NCBI GenBank assembly: GCA_002104945.1
Contig: MCFH01000038.1
Span: forward strand, 372,001-436,000
Direction: 5' to 3'
Length of the DNA: 64,000 nucleotides
From: Piromyces finnis finn
Lineage: Eukaryota > Fungi > Neocallimastigomycota
The notes under the pieces are model-generated. The model was not told the origin of the DNA, made no database searches, and saw only the letters and a list, made by a program, of their open reading frames with translations. Of the stretch, positions 12,726 to 25,464 are shown piece by piece; position 1 is the first letter of the stretch; the number at the start of each line of letters is the position of its first letter. A program made the translations under genes and the position numbers.

Positions 12726-15251
12726 GAAATGGGTAGTAGTAGACGTTATGGTGTATGGGTCTTTTTTTTTTTTTAATTTTATTTATTTATTCTAAAAAAG
12801 TTTGAATAGATTAGTTTAAATTGAAAATATTTCTTTATTATTAGCCTCATAGGCATTCACTCAAGTCAGAAGAATGATTACCCAACCAATGGAAAAAAAT
12901 AAAAAAACCAATATCTCTAAAATATTAAAAGCATTTTTTAATAAAAATAAATTAAAAATCAAATTATTGGTGTTTTTTTTTTTATATTATTTTTAAACCT
13001 TCTCATCAAAACTTTTTCATCAAAACTTTAAATATTATAAGAAAACTAAAACAAAAAGTAATATTTAATTCTTATTATTTTATTATTTCTAATACTTTTC
13101 TTGGTTTAATATTTTTTTATTTTTTTCTTTTTTAATTTTTAGTTTTAATGGATTGAAATACATTAAAAAAATTTTTTTTTTTTGCGGTTAATATTTTAAG
13201 ATTGTGACTAAGAATTAAAAAAAAACAACGTAAAATCTAATAAAAAATTATTATTATTCTTTCATTATACATTAGTATTAAGTATATTAAGAATAGTATT
13301 GTTATATTGTTATTCTTTCCATTTCAATAGTTTAATATTACAAATAATTCTATCCATTTAGAAAAAAAAAAAAAAAAAAAAAAAAAAAACAAATTAATTA
13401 TTACCATGCCATGCCGTTTTCTTTCTTTTTTTCAAAGTATAAAAAGTGAAAAAGTATAAAGTGAATATGTCATACGTTAGAAAGATATTCATTTTCATTT
13501 TATAATTATCTACAATTAACTAAATTAAAAAAAAAAAGGTATTCTATTTTAAAACTTTTTTTTAAATAATTATGGCGTTGTTTAGAATTTAAAATTCTAC
13601 AAACCCTACCACTACCACATTCATTCTTTTTTTTCTTTTTTTTTTTTTTTCTTATTATGAAAAAAAAAAAAAAAATTAATTAATCTTTAAAGGTAAAAAT
13701 TAAAATTTAATTTGAAATGAGTCAAACTTAAGTCATTTTTTTTGTATATTAAATTTTTACTTTAAATAAATTAAATTAATAAAAAATAAATTTTGGTTGT
13801 TCATCTTTTTTAGTCAAAAAAGTTTACGATGCTTTTTTTCTATTTTATAATTTTATTTATTTATAATCGAATGTTAAATTATTATCTATTTATTTTTATT
13901 TTTTTATAATAGTATTTTTTATTTTATTTTATTTTATTTTATTTTTAATCATAGTATTTTTTATTTTATTTTATTTTATTTTTTTAATTTTATTTTTTTT
14001 TGAAATAGGTAGTACAATGGGTATTCATGTACAATCTACAGTTTATAAATTAATAAACTACACAATAAATAGGATCTTCACCAATTGTAATTGTTTTTTA
14101 ATACAAAAATTTATATACATGTAGACCTTAATACAATTAACTTTTTTATATTTCTTTTTTTTTTTTTCTTTTCAAATAAAATAAAATAATTCATGATTTG
14201 TTTATTTACTTTTTTTTTTCCTCTTCTTTCTTTCTTTTAGTGCTCTTTTTTTTTTTTTTTTTTTTACTATTTCTATCTTTATATTCCCATGAAAAAGAGA
14301 AAAATTTAATTTAAATTGAATGAATTTTAAATTTTGTTACACAAATTAGATTTAGATTTTAAACTTTATTTTTAATTATTTTAAAGGGAACTTTGCCATG
14401 AAAAGTACAGTTGAATTAAAAGAAAAAAAAAAAAAAAGCTATAAAAAAGAATATATTCCCTTTTCCATTGCCAATTTTTTTTTTTTTTCACAAAAATATA
14501 AATTTTCTTAGAATTTAAAAAAAAAGTAATATTAAAGAAATAAATAAGAAAAGAAAAAGTAAATAAAAAAGGTAATGAATAAACCATTATTAAAGTATAT
14601 ATAATAATAATAATATTGATAAATGCTTTATTGGTATTTAAAATAAAAATGATTCAATCCTACTTAACTAATTAATATTAATTTATCTTTCTTCTTCTTC
14701 TTTTTCCTTATTAATAATATAATAAATAACCTATAAACTACAAAACAATAATAATGTGAAAAAAAAAAGTTTCAATTGAAATTAAATTGAAAAAAGTTTT
14801 AAAGGTTTTTTTTTTTTTTAAAGTACAATATTTTTTTGTAAAAAAAGAAAAAAGGAAATTAATTTATTAAAATAATAATAATAATAAAAAAAAGTATACT
14901 TAAATAATAGATAGATATCAATATATACTTTTTTTTTTTTTTTTAAAAAAGTACTCATAAAAGTTTTATGTTTAATAACGATAAAATTTAGTACAATTAA
15001 AATAAATTAATACCAAACAATAAAATAAAATCTTTTAAACTTTGGAATAAACTATCAAAGAAAGAAAAAAACACATATACCTACGCAAATTAAAAACTAA
15101 ACAAAACAATATAAAATAAAAAAGTGAACAAAGTTAAAAAAAAATTAATAAAAACAAACAAACGAAAAAAAAAAAATACACATACACACACACACATATA
15201 CACATATACATCTATCCATCCTATTTTTTATTTATTTAGTAAACGACAAAA

Positions 15252-17039
15252 ATGAATGGTTATCAATTTGTTGTCACCCTTGCTGCTTCTTGTGGCGGTC
15301 TTCTTTATGGATATGAAATTGGTGTAATGAATGTTGTTCTTGTAATGGACGCATTTCGTACTTTTTTTGACTTTTCTCAATGGAAAGGTGTGATGGAAAA
15401 TGAAATGAAGGATGATATTAAAAATACATTTGTCACGGATAAATCTACTGTTTATCGTCAATTAGAGGAAAAGGGTAAAAAACCTTTCTTGGAAGGTTTT
15501 ATTACTTCAAGTTTTCTTTTTGGAGCTATTTTTGGAGCTCTCATTTCTTCCTACCTTTCCAATACATCAAGTAGTCAAAAAATCATCATGGTGACTGGTT
15601 TAATTTTTTCTTTGGGTAGTCTTATTCAAAGTGCTACTTTTTATTCTTTTATATTACTTTCGTTGGGTCGTTTCATTTCTGGTATGGCTATTGGTGGAAT
15701 AAGTGTCCTTTGCCCTACTTATATTGCTGAAGTTGCTCCAGCAAGAATTAGAAATACGGTGATTTCTTGTTATCAATTCATGGTTGCTCTTGGTATTGTG
15801 GTGGCTACTGCTATTAATGGTCTTATTTGGTATCATACTAATGTTAATCCAACAGCAACAGCATCAACAACAACCCAAAGTTCAGCTAATCAAACCACCA
15901 CTATAAATAATATGGAATGGAGATTGGCCTTAGGCCTACAAATTGTTCCGGGATTACTTCTTACTCTTTTTACGTATTTCCTTCCAACCTCTCCAAGATA
16001 CCTTTGTAGTCAAAATAAAGATAAAGAGGCTATTCGTGTATTAGCCAAACTTAATTCAACTTCCTCAAATGATTTGTTGGTTCAAGAAGAGTACAAAGCA
16101 ACTATTGCTAGTGTTACTGGTATGGAAGCATTAGGTAAATCTACCTATAAAGAACTTTTTAATCGTAGAAATGGTCGTCGTTCTTTTACCGCCTTCTTTA
16201 TTCAATTTTTCCAACAATGCACCGGTATAAATGCTATTCTTTACTATCAAACTCAATTATATCAAGGTGTTGGTTTTAGTAAAATCATGTCTACTGTAAT
16301 TCTTCCCATCCTAAATAATTGTGTTTATTTCGTTTCTTCCTTTATTGGTATGTTCCATGTTCAAAGAATGGGTCGTAAACAATTATTGATTATTGGTGGT
16401 GTTCTTCTTTTATTAATAAATATTTCAATAAGTTCCACCGCAAATCATACCCTTGATCATTTCAAATTTCGTTTAAATGAAGAAATAGATTGTACCAGGG
16501 ATAAACATGATATGGCGTATTTTTCTAAAGAATTACAATATACTTTTTATGGTAATGATTGTCATGAAACATTAGTGACATGTTCAGATCAACGTAATGT
16601 TATTTCTTATGATCCAACAACAACAACAACAACCGTTCCTTTCACCTCAGATCAACTATATACAGTATGTCATGAAATGGATGCCTTGAGATATGCAAAG
16701 GGTAATTTTAGACGTTATCTTTTTGCTGGTAGTTTATTTGCTTTTATGTTTGTTTACGGTTGCACCTGGGATCCAGTTCCTAAAGTGTATCAAGCTGAAT
16801 TATTTCCACTTCGTATGAGGGTTAAAGGAATGACATTTAGTACGGTATCTCAATTCATTTCCAGTTGGATTATTGTTCTAGTCACTCCATTACTATTAAA
16901 AGTATGGGGTATGCATGTCTTTCTTCTTTTTTCAGCATGCTGTTATCTAGCGTTAATGTTTACCCTTTTCTTTTGTGTAGAAAGTAATGGACTTAGTATG
17001 GAAGAAATAGATGAAGAAATGATGTTTATTAAATCTTAG
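15252..17039 (+). CDS. MFS sugar porter family transporter, intronless, with atypical motifs
   Basis: 595 aa, 12-TM layout. Motifs: GGLLYGYEIG, LGRFISGMAIGG, PTYIAEVAP, PTSPRYL, QFFQQCTGINAILYY, GRKQLL, YQAELFPLRMR, ESNGLSMEEID. Confidence 0.93.
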   Translation: MNGYQFVVTLAASCGGLLYGYEIGVMNVVLVMDAFRTFFDFSQWKGVMENEMKDDIKNTFVTDKSTVYRQLEEKGKKPFLEGFITSSFLFGAIFGALISSYLSNTSSSQKIIMVTGLIFSLGSLIQSATFYSFILLSLGRFISGMAIGGISVLCPTYIAEVAPARIRNTVISCYQFMVALGIVVATAINGLIWYHTNVNPTATASTTTQSSANQTTTINNMEWRLALGLQIVPGLLLTLFTYFLPTSPRYLCSQNKDKEAIRVLAKLNSTSSNDLLVQEEYKATIASVTGMEALGKSTYKELFNRRNGRRSFTAFFIQFFQQCTGINAILYYQTQLYQGVGFSKIMSTVILPILNNCVYFVSSFIGMFHVQRMGRKQLLIIGGVLLLLINISISSTANHTLDHFKFRLNEEIDCTRDKHDMAYFSKELQYTFYGNDCHETLVTCSDQRNVISYDPTTTTTTVPFTSDQLYTVCHEMDALRYAKGNFRRYLFAGSLFAFMFVYGCTWDPVPKVYQAELFPLRMRVKGMTFSTVSQFISSWIIVLVTPLLLKVWGMHVFLLFSACCYLALMFTLFFCVESNGLSMEEIDEEMMFIKS

Positions 17040-18537
17040 TTTCCGAATGGTTTTGAAATATAGAATCATTATCACATTACTATTCTTTTTTTTTTTTTCT
17101 TTTTAAAAAAAAATAAAATGAAAATGAAAGCAAAAAACTATAAACGATGAATACCATATAATCATCAACTATTTATTATTATTTTTTTTTTTCAGAAAAG
17201 AAAAAAGAATGACACCAACAAAAAAGTTAAAAAAAAAAAATACTTTGTTCATTTATTTATTACAATAGAAGAGCGTAATATCAATGTGGAAAAAAAAAAA
17301 AAGAAAAAACAAAACAAAACAAATTAAAAGAAAGATTAATTTAAATTCTAAGAAACAAAACAATTAAAGACCTTTTTTTTTTTTATTTTCTTTTCTTTTT
17401 TTTTTTTAAAAAAAGAAAAAGCAAATTGATAAATCATAAATAATGATTTTTTAGTTCATAACTATATAGTATATATAGTATTAAAAAAAAATTAATATAC
17501 ACTATTTATATTGATTTCTTTTTTTTTTTTTTTTCAATTACAACAAAAAAGAATGAATGCCACATGAATGTATAGTCATATTTTTTTTTTTTTTTTTGTT
17601 ATCTCTTTCTTTTTTTTTATTTAATTTAAACTTTATTTTTTTTTTTAACATATTAGTTAATGAAATGTTTTATTTTTTTTTATCATATATTTTTCTTAAT
17701 GTAAAATACTTTTTTATTTTATCTTTATTATTCTATCCTTTATATAGAATGTTGTTGTTTTATATTGAAAAAAGAAAGAAATTTATAATTTAAAAAAAAA
17801 AAAAAAAAATATGAACAAATTAAATTGAAAAATGAATTTTATGAAAAAAATATATATATATATATATATATATCACCAAAAAAAATATATGTATGTATAA
17901 TAGGTATATATATATGAGATGTGATATCTTTGTAAAAATTCTAATTTTTGTATTAGAAAATATTTATTTAATATAGAAAAAAGCAAAAAAAAAAAAAAAA
18001 TTACTTTCATTATTGAGATATCAAGATGTGAAATAACCTATGTATATTTACTATATAGGTAAATTGTAAATATATAATAAATTATTTATATATATATTTA
18101 AAAAAAAAAAAAATATATATATATATATATGAATGTATATCTAATGTGAGTGTTTATGGGTGGTCTATGTACAAATTACTTTCTTTTTTTTTTTTTTTTT
18201 TTCATCGTTTTATATTTATATATATAATTATTTATCTTTTGAATTATTATTATTTTTTTTAGTAAAAATCATAATTATTTAATTATTCCAAAGTGGAATA
18301 AACACTTGATTAAAAAAAAAAAAAAAAAAAAAAGTCATGGATTAATATCTAGAGAATTTCTTTCTTTTTTTTTTTTTTATATTGTTTTTTATATTGTATT
18401 AAACTTTTTTTTTTTTTTTTTTTTTTCATTTCCTTTTTAAAAATTATAATAATAACACAATAATATTTAAACTTTTATTAAAAAACAAAACAAAACAAAA
18501 CAAAAAAACAAACCTTTCCATAAATTTTTTTACCATT

Positions 18538-18539
<2 letters not shown>

Positions 18540-18573
<34 letters not shown>

Positions 18574-20510
18574 GGCATCAAATATTTTAAACTTTATTAT
18601 TAATTTAATTAAAATTATAATACATGAAATATAAAAATTAAAATAAAATAAAAATAAAAAAAATATGTTTAAATAAACACAAATGAATAAAAATTGGGTA
18701 TAATGTATTCTAGTAATTTTAATTAAAGTAAGAAAGCCACTATCATACTAAAGTATAATAATTGTATTTGACTTCCAATGGGACACCGAGCCAAAGATCA
18801 AAATTTTGTCATGGAACAAAATTATGATCTCCATTGGTTGCGCTGGTCCTCCTGGCCTGTCTTACTGTTTCTTCAGCATTGACGCTCTTGGATGTTGCTT
18901 CAAACCTTTTGAACATTGTCCATTGCTGGCCAATAGCAAAAGGCATGATTTTGGTTAGAAGTTCCGCGGTTACCGTCAAGAATGGTGTTCCTTCGTTAGT
19001 ACCAGATTGAATCTGACGCTTACAAAGTTCTTTCCATTCCCTTGAATTGTAATTAATATTGTTAAAACTTCTTCCCCCAAGAAGGAATTTAAATATTTTA
19101 CTGCACACACTAGAATAATCATACACATTAATATTCACCGGATTATTAGAACTATTACTATCATTAACTAAATTACTATCTAAATTAGAATTATTATCAT
19201 CACTATTGCTATCATTACTAATATTATTATTTCTATTACTACTATTGTTATTATTACTATTTCTATTATTATTATTACTACTATTGTTATTATTACTATT
19301 GTTATTATTACTATTGTTACTATTACTATTACTGTTATTGCTATCTCTGCTGATACTATCAATTTCATTATTATTGATAGGACTATTGGAATTACGTTGA
19401 ATGAAAAAATTTAATAGATGGACTATAGAATCATAATGTTTAATACGGATATCTCTAAATGTTGGACAATCTAATAACCAATGTTTAATACTTTGAACAC
19501 CACACTTGCAACATGGACAGTAGTTAGGACAAACTGGATCAACAAATTTAGCAGCTTTGGCAACTCTAGCATCCAACTTGTATCCGCTTCTTGCTTTCAA
19601 TAGCCAGTAGAAGCCATAGGCAAACTCTGGGTACTCATAACATAATTTAATAAAATCTTTAGTTTCAATAAATTTATTATCATCATAATATTGCGCTTTG
19701 ATTGAATTCCCTTTGAGATCTTTCCAATAAAAGTTTTTAACTGCTTTAACATCTCCATGTTTCTTTAGTTTTTTATCAAGTGTCCTACTTGATTTGCACC
19801 ATGTATATTTTCTAAATTTAGGAATGTAATTGACAAGGTGTGAGATAATACAATTCGAGTTTTTCCATTTGTTAAAACATCTAACCTGAGCTAATGCACA
19901 TTTGGCTGACAATGGAGGAATATTCAAATCTTTTGAGATAGAGTATAAAGATATAAACGATACAGCTTTATGAACTCCGGCAATCCATCGTATTCCTTTG
20001 TTAACATGATTCTGAGCAATTCTAGACCTAGCTTTGTTGGATCCAAGTAATGGTGCAAAGTATGAAACTCTGCTAATCACTTGAGAGTTAAGTACTAGCT
20101 TTTTGAAAGGAATAGGAATATTAGGATTTCTTAAGAATTTACTGACTGAAAAAAGTCCTTTCAAAACCTTGTTATTAAGAGCTTTAATTACTGGTTTAAG
20201 GGACAAATTCTTATCAAATGGAACACCAAGATAAGTATAACAATCAGTAGTTGGAATGGGTTGTAGCATTATTAGAGTCATTACTTGATGGAATTAATGC
20301 TTTGTAAAATTCAATTGGAATACCATCTGGACCTGATGCTTTATAATTTGGAGTAGAGAGGATAGCTGACTTGACTTCATCAATACTAATATCTTGGTTG
20401 ATATCCCATTCATCAAGCATAGGGAGTGAAAAACGTTTATTCGTTGGTTCTTCATACCAATGCTCCAAGTCAAGACTTACACCACTTGGATCTGATGCAA
20501 GGTTTTCGAA
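18540..20510 (-). mobile_element. Non-LTR (LINE) retrotransposon copy, 5'-truncated and internally deleted, with poly(A) tail and TSD
   Basis: Poly(T) 18540-18570 abuts AACGGCATC. The 490-aa ORF 18809-20281 (YTYLG, CPCCKCGVQSIKHWLLDC) is joined to an upstream fragment YKASGPDGIPIEFYKAL. The 13-bp TSD TTTTTACCATTCC is at 18527-18539 and 20511-20523. Same family as the 9.5-12.7 kb insertion. Confidence 0.92.
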
Positions 20511-20645
20511 TTTTTACCATTCCATTTCTCAAAAAAAAAAAAGTTTTTTGTTATACAAAGTAAACCTCACAACCTACTACCTACTTACCACTAGTACTAC
20601 TATCTACTATTTATCTATAAATAACAACAACTAAAAACAACCACC

Positions 20646-20708
<63 letters not shown>
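20646..20708. repeat. (AAT)n microsatellite
   Basis: About 21 perfect units. Confidence 0.9.
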
Positions 20709-20709
<1 letters not shown>

Positions 20710-21745
20710 TTTATTTATCATTTAATATTACCTTTTTTTTTTTTTTTTATAAAACAAATCATTAACCATTAACAATATCATTATAAATTGTATCCGATCT
20801 ATCCTATTTATTATTTAATTCTTTCATAGTACCTATTTACAACTATAATAAATTTTAGTTTACTTCTTTTAGATTGATTTTTTTTTTTCTATTTAAATAA
20901 AATATTCTTCTTTTTCAACTTTTGTTTTATGCCTATATATATATAAAAACCATAGGTTGGTAAAGAAAGAGATGTAAATAAAGTAAAAAAAAAAAAAAAA
21001 AAAGGTAAAATGTATATAAAAAAAGTTTAAATTAATGAATTAACATCTATACTTTTTTCTCTTCCTCTCTTTTCCATAAATATTATAGTTCATTTTTTGC
21101 ATTGAAAAAAAAAAAAAAAAACGTTTTTTTTTAAAATTTGATCTATTCAAATTTTCGGGGAGAGAGGAATGAGAAGGAGGAAAAAAAAAAAAAATGGAAA
21201 ATACATCAATACTTATTTTGGAAATCCATTTTTCAATAAAAAATATATATTTCTTTTTAAACAACAGACTCACCACCACCAACAACACCTATTACTACTT
21301 ACTCGTAGTCAAAAGAAAAATTCAAAGGACTTTTTTATTTATACTTACTAAACTTATTCATCATATTTTTCATATATTTCAACGCCTTTTTTATACATTT
21401 TAATCACTGGTTTTATTTACTTTTAAACATTAAAACTCCTTCTCTTCTATTCCAAATACAAATAATACTATTTTGTTTATAAATAGTTATGTAAAATTTT
21501 ATTTAATTTGAAAATGATTATATAATTTTATTATACATGTTTTTTTTTTTTTTTTTTTTTTTTTGTTATATAAAAAATAAATATACTTTTTTAAAGATAA
21601 ATAGATAAAAGTATAAATTTTTTTTTTATTTTTTCGTTCTCGCTTAATAGTTATGTATTAATTGATAATAAAAAGATAATGTATTTCGTTATTTTTTTTT
21701 TTAAAAAAAATTCTATTTTTGGAAAGAAAAAGTAATTTATTAAAT

Positions 21746-22568
21746 TTACTTTCTGTTAACCTTTTCAAAAACAGTTTCGTATGAGGCTTCAGCTAAGTCA
21801 GTGCATTGAATTTCAACGTAGATACCATCGAGCTTCTTCTTGATGGCTTCCTTAGTAGCGGCGTAAACCATCTTCATCTTAATTCTAGCGGTATCTGGAG
21901 ACCAGGTGTAGAAAACAATCTTAGTTCTCTTACCTCCTTCATCATTGGTGTAGTTGAAATCGTAAACAGCGTAACGACATTCGTTTTCTGGAAGGTTAGC
22001 AACGAAATCGTCGTATTCACTTTCATCACCAGTCTTTTCGACGACAACTTCCTTAAGGTTGTCAGAAATCTTGTAGATGATGTACTTTAACTTACGACCA
22101 AGCTTTAAGTCTTGGAAAGCGTTGATACATTCGTCCTTAACACCAACTCCTGAAGAAGCCTATTATATTATTTTATTATTATTGAATAATTTTTTTTTTT
22201 TGAAAAATAGTATTGTTTACAATATATATTATACAGTTATAAAAATAAACAAAAATAATATTATTTAGTTTTCTTCTGACATATCTATTATATAAATATT
22301 TATTATTTAATCAAATATTTCTTTTATTGCCATTGTCAACCACAATTTTATTATTATACTTTTTCTTGATCACTTTTTTTTTTAATCTATTATTAATTTA
22401 CAGATTTTTTTTTTTTCAATCAAAATTCCGTTTAGATTTTTTTATTTATCATTAAAAATTATGCTGCTGCTATTTATTTTTAATTTTTTTTTCGATTATA
22501 ATCTTTCTCTTTCAATGGCCACATTATTATTTTTAACAATTAACAAAATAAAGGTTGATATTTACCAT
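21746..22568 (-). CDS. COF1: Cofilin / actin-depolymerizing factor
   Basis: Exon 21746-22159 encodes ASSGVGVKDECINAFQDLKLGRKLKYIIYKI...CRYAVYDF...WSPDTARIKMKMVYAATK. The probable ATG-only first exon is at 22566-22568 (ATG|gtaaat), a layout typical of ADF/cofilin genes. Confidence 0.93.
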
Positions 22569-23505
22569 TTTTTATTATTTAGTTATTTGTTTTAAAAGTT
22601 TTTATTTGTTTATATTTAATAACTTTTAGTTATATTAAAAAAAAAAAAAGATAATTTTTTTCCTTTTTATAGGATTTTCGAAAATTTCGAAATATTTTTA
22701 ATTAAAAAAGGCTTTTATTGGTTTTTGAACTAAAAATAAAAAAAATTCTAAATTTCCTTGTTAAGGAGGCCAATACCCTAAAAAAATTTGATTTTGTGGT
22801 ATCTCTTTATGCTAAAAATTTTTCTAAATCCATAATTATTAAAAAATTATAATTTATTAATTATTTATTAAAGGAATCAAAACATGAAATAATTAAAAAA
22901 GAATTGGTTCTTTTATTAATAAATACATTATTATTATATTAAACTATACAATAACAATATACTATTAATATATTATACCACATATTATTTATTAATTCCG
23001 TTTTTTATTCCAAAAAAAAAGTATAAATTTTATTCAATATCATTTAATAAAAATATAAACATTAATATATATTAACATATATTAAAATATATTGTAATAT
23101 TACATATTAATATATTTTAATATAAAATCAAAAAAAGAATAAATTGTACTACAAATATATTTATTAAATATAAATTTATAAAGTTACTTATATTAGTGAT
23201 TAAAGGGATATATGTTACATTAATATATTATAAATATATTAAATTTAATATATTATTATTAAATAAATAAAACAATAAATATATTAGCATAATGTATCAA
23301 TTTCTATTGATATATTAATAATATATTATATAATCAATAATTAATTTATATTTATCAAAGTACGTTGCTGTAAATAATAAACTATTTAATAATAATATAT
23401 AGTGACTTTTATAATTTTAATTAATTTAAATATATTGTAATATATTCATTATTGATATACTATAATAAATACAAATGTATTGCTCCAATACAGTAATGTA
23501 GTAAT

Positions 23506-23663
<158 letters not shown>

Positions 23664-25464
23664 AAATAATGTGATAATTTGCTTCATATAATTTATAATT
23701 TTATTTTTAGGTTAATAAAGTAGAAAGTTTTGATTTTGTTTTAAGTAGAAATTATATTATTTTTTTTTTTCGTTATATGGGAAAGGAATAATGTAATGAT
23801 GGAGGGTTGATTTTAATATAGACTATATTATCATCAACATCATCATCATCATTATCACCATCTTCTTAATAAGCTTCTTGGTTTATAAAACATTTTTAAA
23901 TACATTATTAATACATCAATACATTAATTACATTAATGTAGTGTAACATGATAAAAACTAGAATTCTAAAAAAATCTTATTTATTAGAGTTTAAATAAAT
24001 AAATAAATAATATTACCTAATTAAGAAACACCCTAATTAAATACAGAATTTTAGAAAAAAATCAAAAAAGAATACTAAATTAGGAAATAAAATAAATAGA
24101 ATTAAAATTAATTAAAAAAAAAAAAAAAAGCTCGATTTGATAATAAGGAAAAGGTGAAAGAATAAGCAATGAAGAAGAGAAAATGGTGAAAAAAAGTAAT
24201 GGCATTATAAAAAGAATCGTATGAAGAATACTTTTTTTTTTTTAAAAAAAATAAATTTATTATTAAAGGTTTATATTTGTATATAGAGCTAGGGGTTAGA
24301 AAAAAGCATTGTAGTGAAAATGATGATATTATCATGACATACACAACATAATAATAATAATAATAGTAATAATCTTATAATTCCTATGCCTATGTCTCAA
24401 CCAAGCTTTATTATAATTATAATTTTGTTAAGAAATAATAAAAAAAGAGATGATATTTATTCTTATGAAAAATATTAATATATCAAAATTTTGATTCTAA
24501 TATTTAATTTTAAATGTAAACTTTTTGGTTTTAATAAAAAGAAAGGGAATATTCCGTTAGAACTTTTTATTTCTTTTATTATCCTATTCATTAAATATTA
24601 TCATTTCTTTCCTTTCTTTTTTTTTTTTAAAAATTTATTTTTATTATTATAATAAAGATATTCTATAAATTTACCTTTTTTGGTTTTATAAAATCAAAGT
24701 TTATCCTTTTTTTTTTTTTTTTTTTTTAAAAAAATGTTAAATATAGTTGAAACAAATGAAAAAAAAAATAATTTAAATGATAATTAAAAGATATTAGAAA
24801 GAAACTATTGATTAGGGAATACTATTGTACATACTGTGATGATGATAGTGACAATGATAATTTATATGACTTTTTTCTTTTTTCATAATAAAAATATTTA
24901 TAATAGAAATTAAAATATAATAGTGATAATAATGATCATCGTCTACAGATTAAAAAAACTATACTAATTTTAAACAAAAAACTTTAATAATTAATATATA
25001 TATATATATACTATTTTTTCAAAAAAATTTTATTTATATATGGTATGAAAAACGTTAAAACCGTGTAAATAATAAATAGACCCAATAATACTTGTTTAAA
25101 ATTATATATAAATAGGCCATTAAAAATGTGAAAATAAGGATTGATATATAGATATATTTTATCTAATTTAATTTATTTTTAAATATCTATTATATATATA
25201 TTTTGTATTTACATATTATTCTATAGGTACTATTTATTTTATTATTCCTTATAATGACTAGATTAGGTAATATTTATTTATTGTGATATTAACATCTCGG
25301 ATTTTAATACATATATTCATTATTATTCATCAAATATCGATATCAATATTTCATGATTCATAATAACTTCATATTTATTATATATATATTTTGTATTTAC
25401 ATATTATTCTATAGATACAATCTATTTTATTATTCCTTATAATGATTAGATTAGCAAAAGTAAT

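Noticed and set aside
19180-19400. Hydrophobic Ile/Leu-rich ORFs resembling membrane peptides (also 11918-12121)
   Set aside because: Alternative frames of the Asn/Ser low-complexity stretch in the LINE ORF.
21806-22268. Plus-strand ORFs of 94 and 63 aa
   Set aside because: Antisense shadows of the cofilin exon.
22674-22692. TTTCGAAAATTTCGAAA palindrome upstream of cofilin as a heat-shock element
   Set aside because: It does not fit nGAAnnTTCnnGAAn spacing, and short palindromes are expected in AT-rich DNA.
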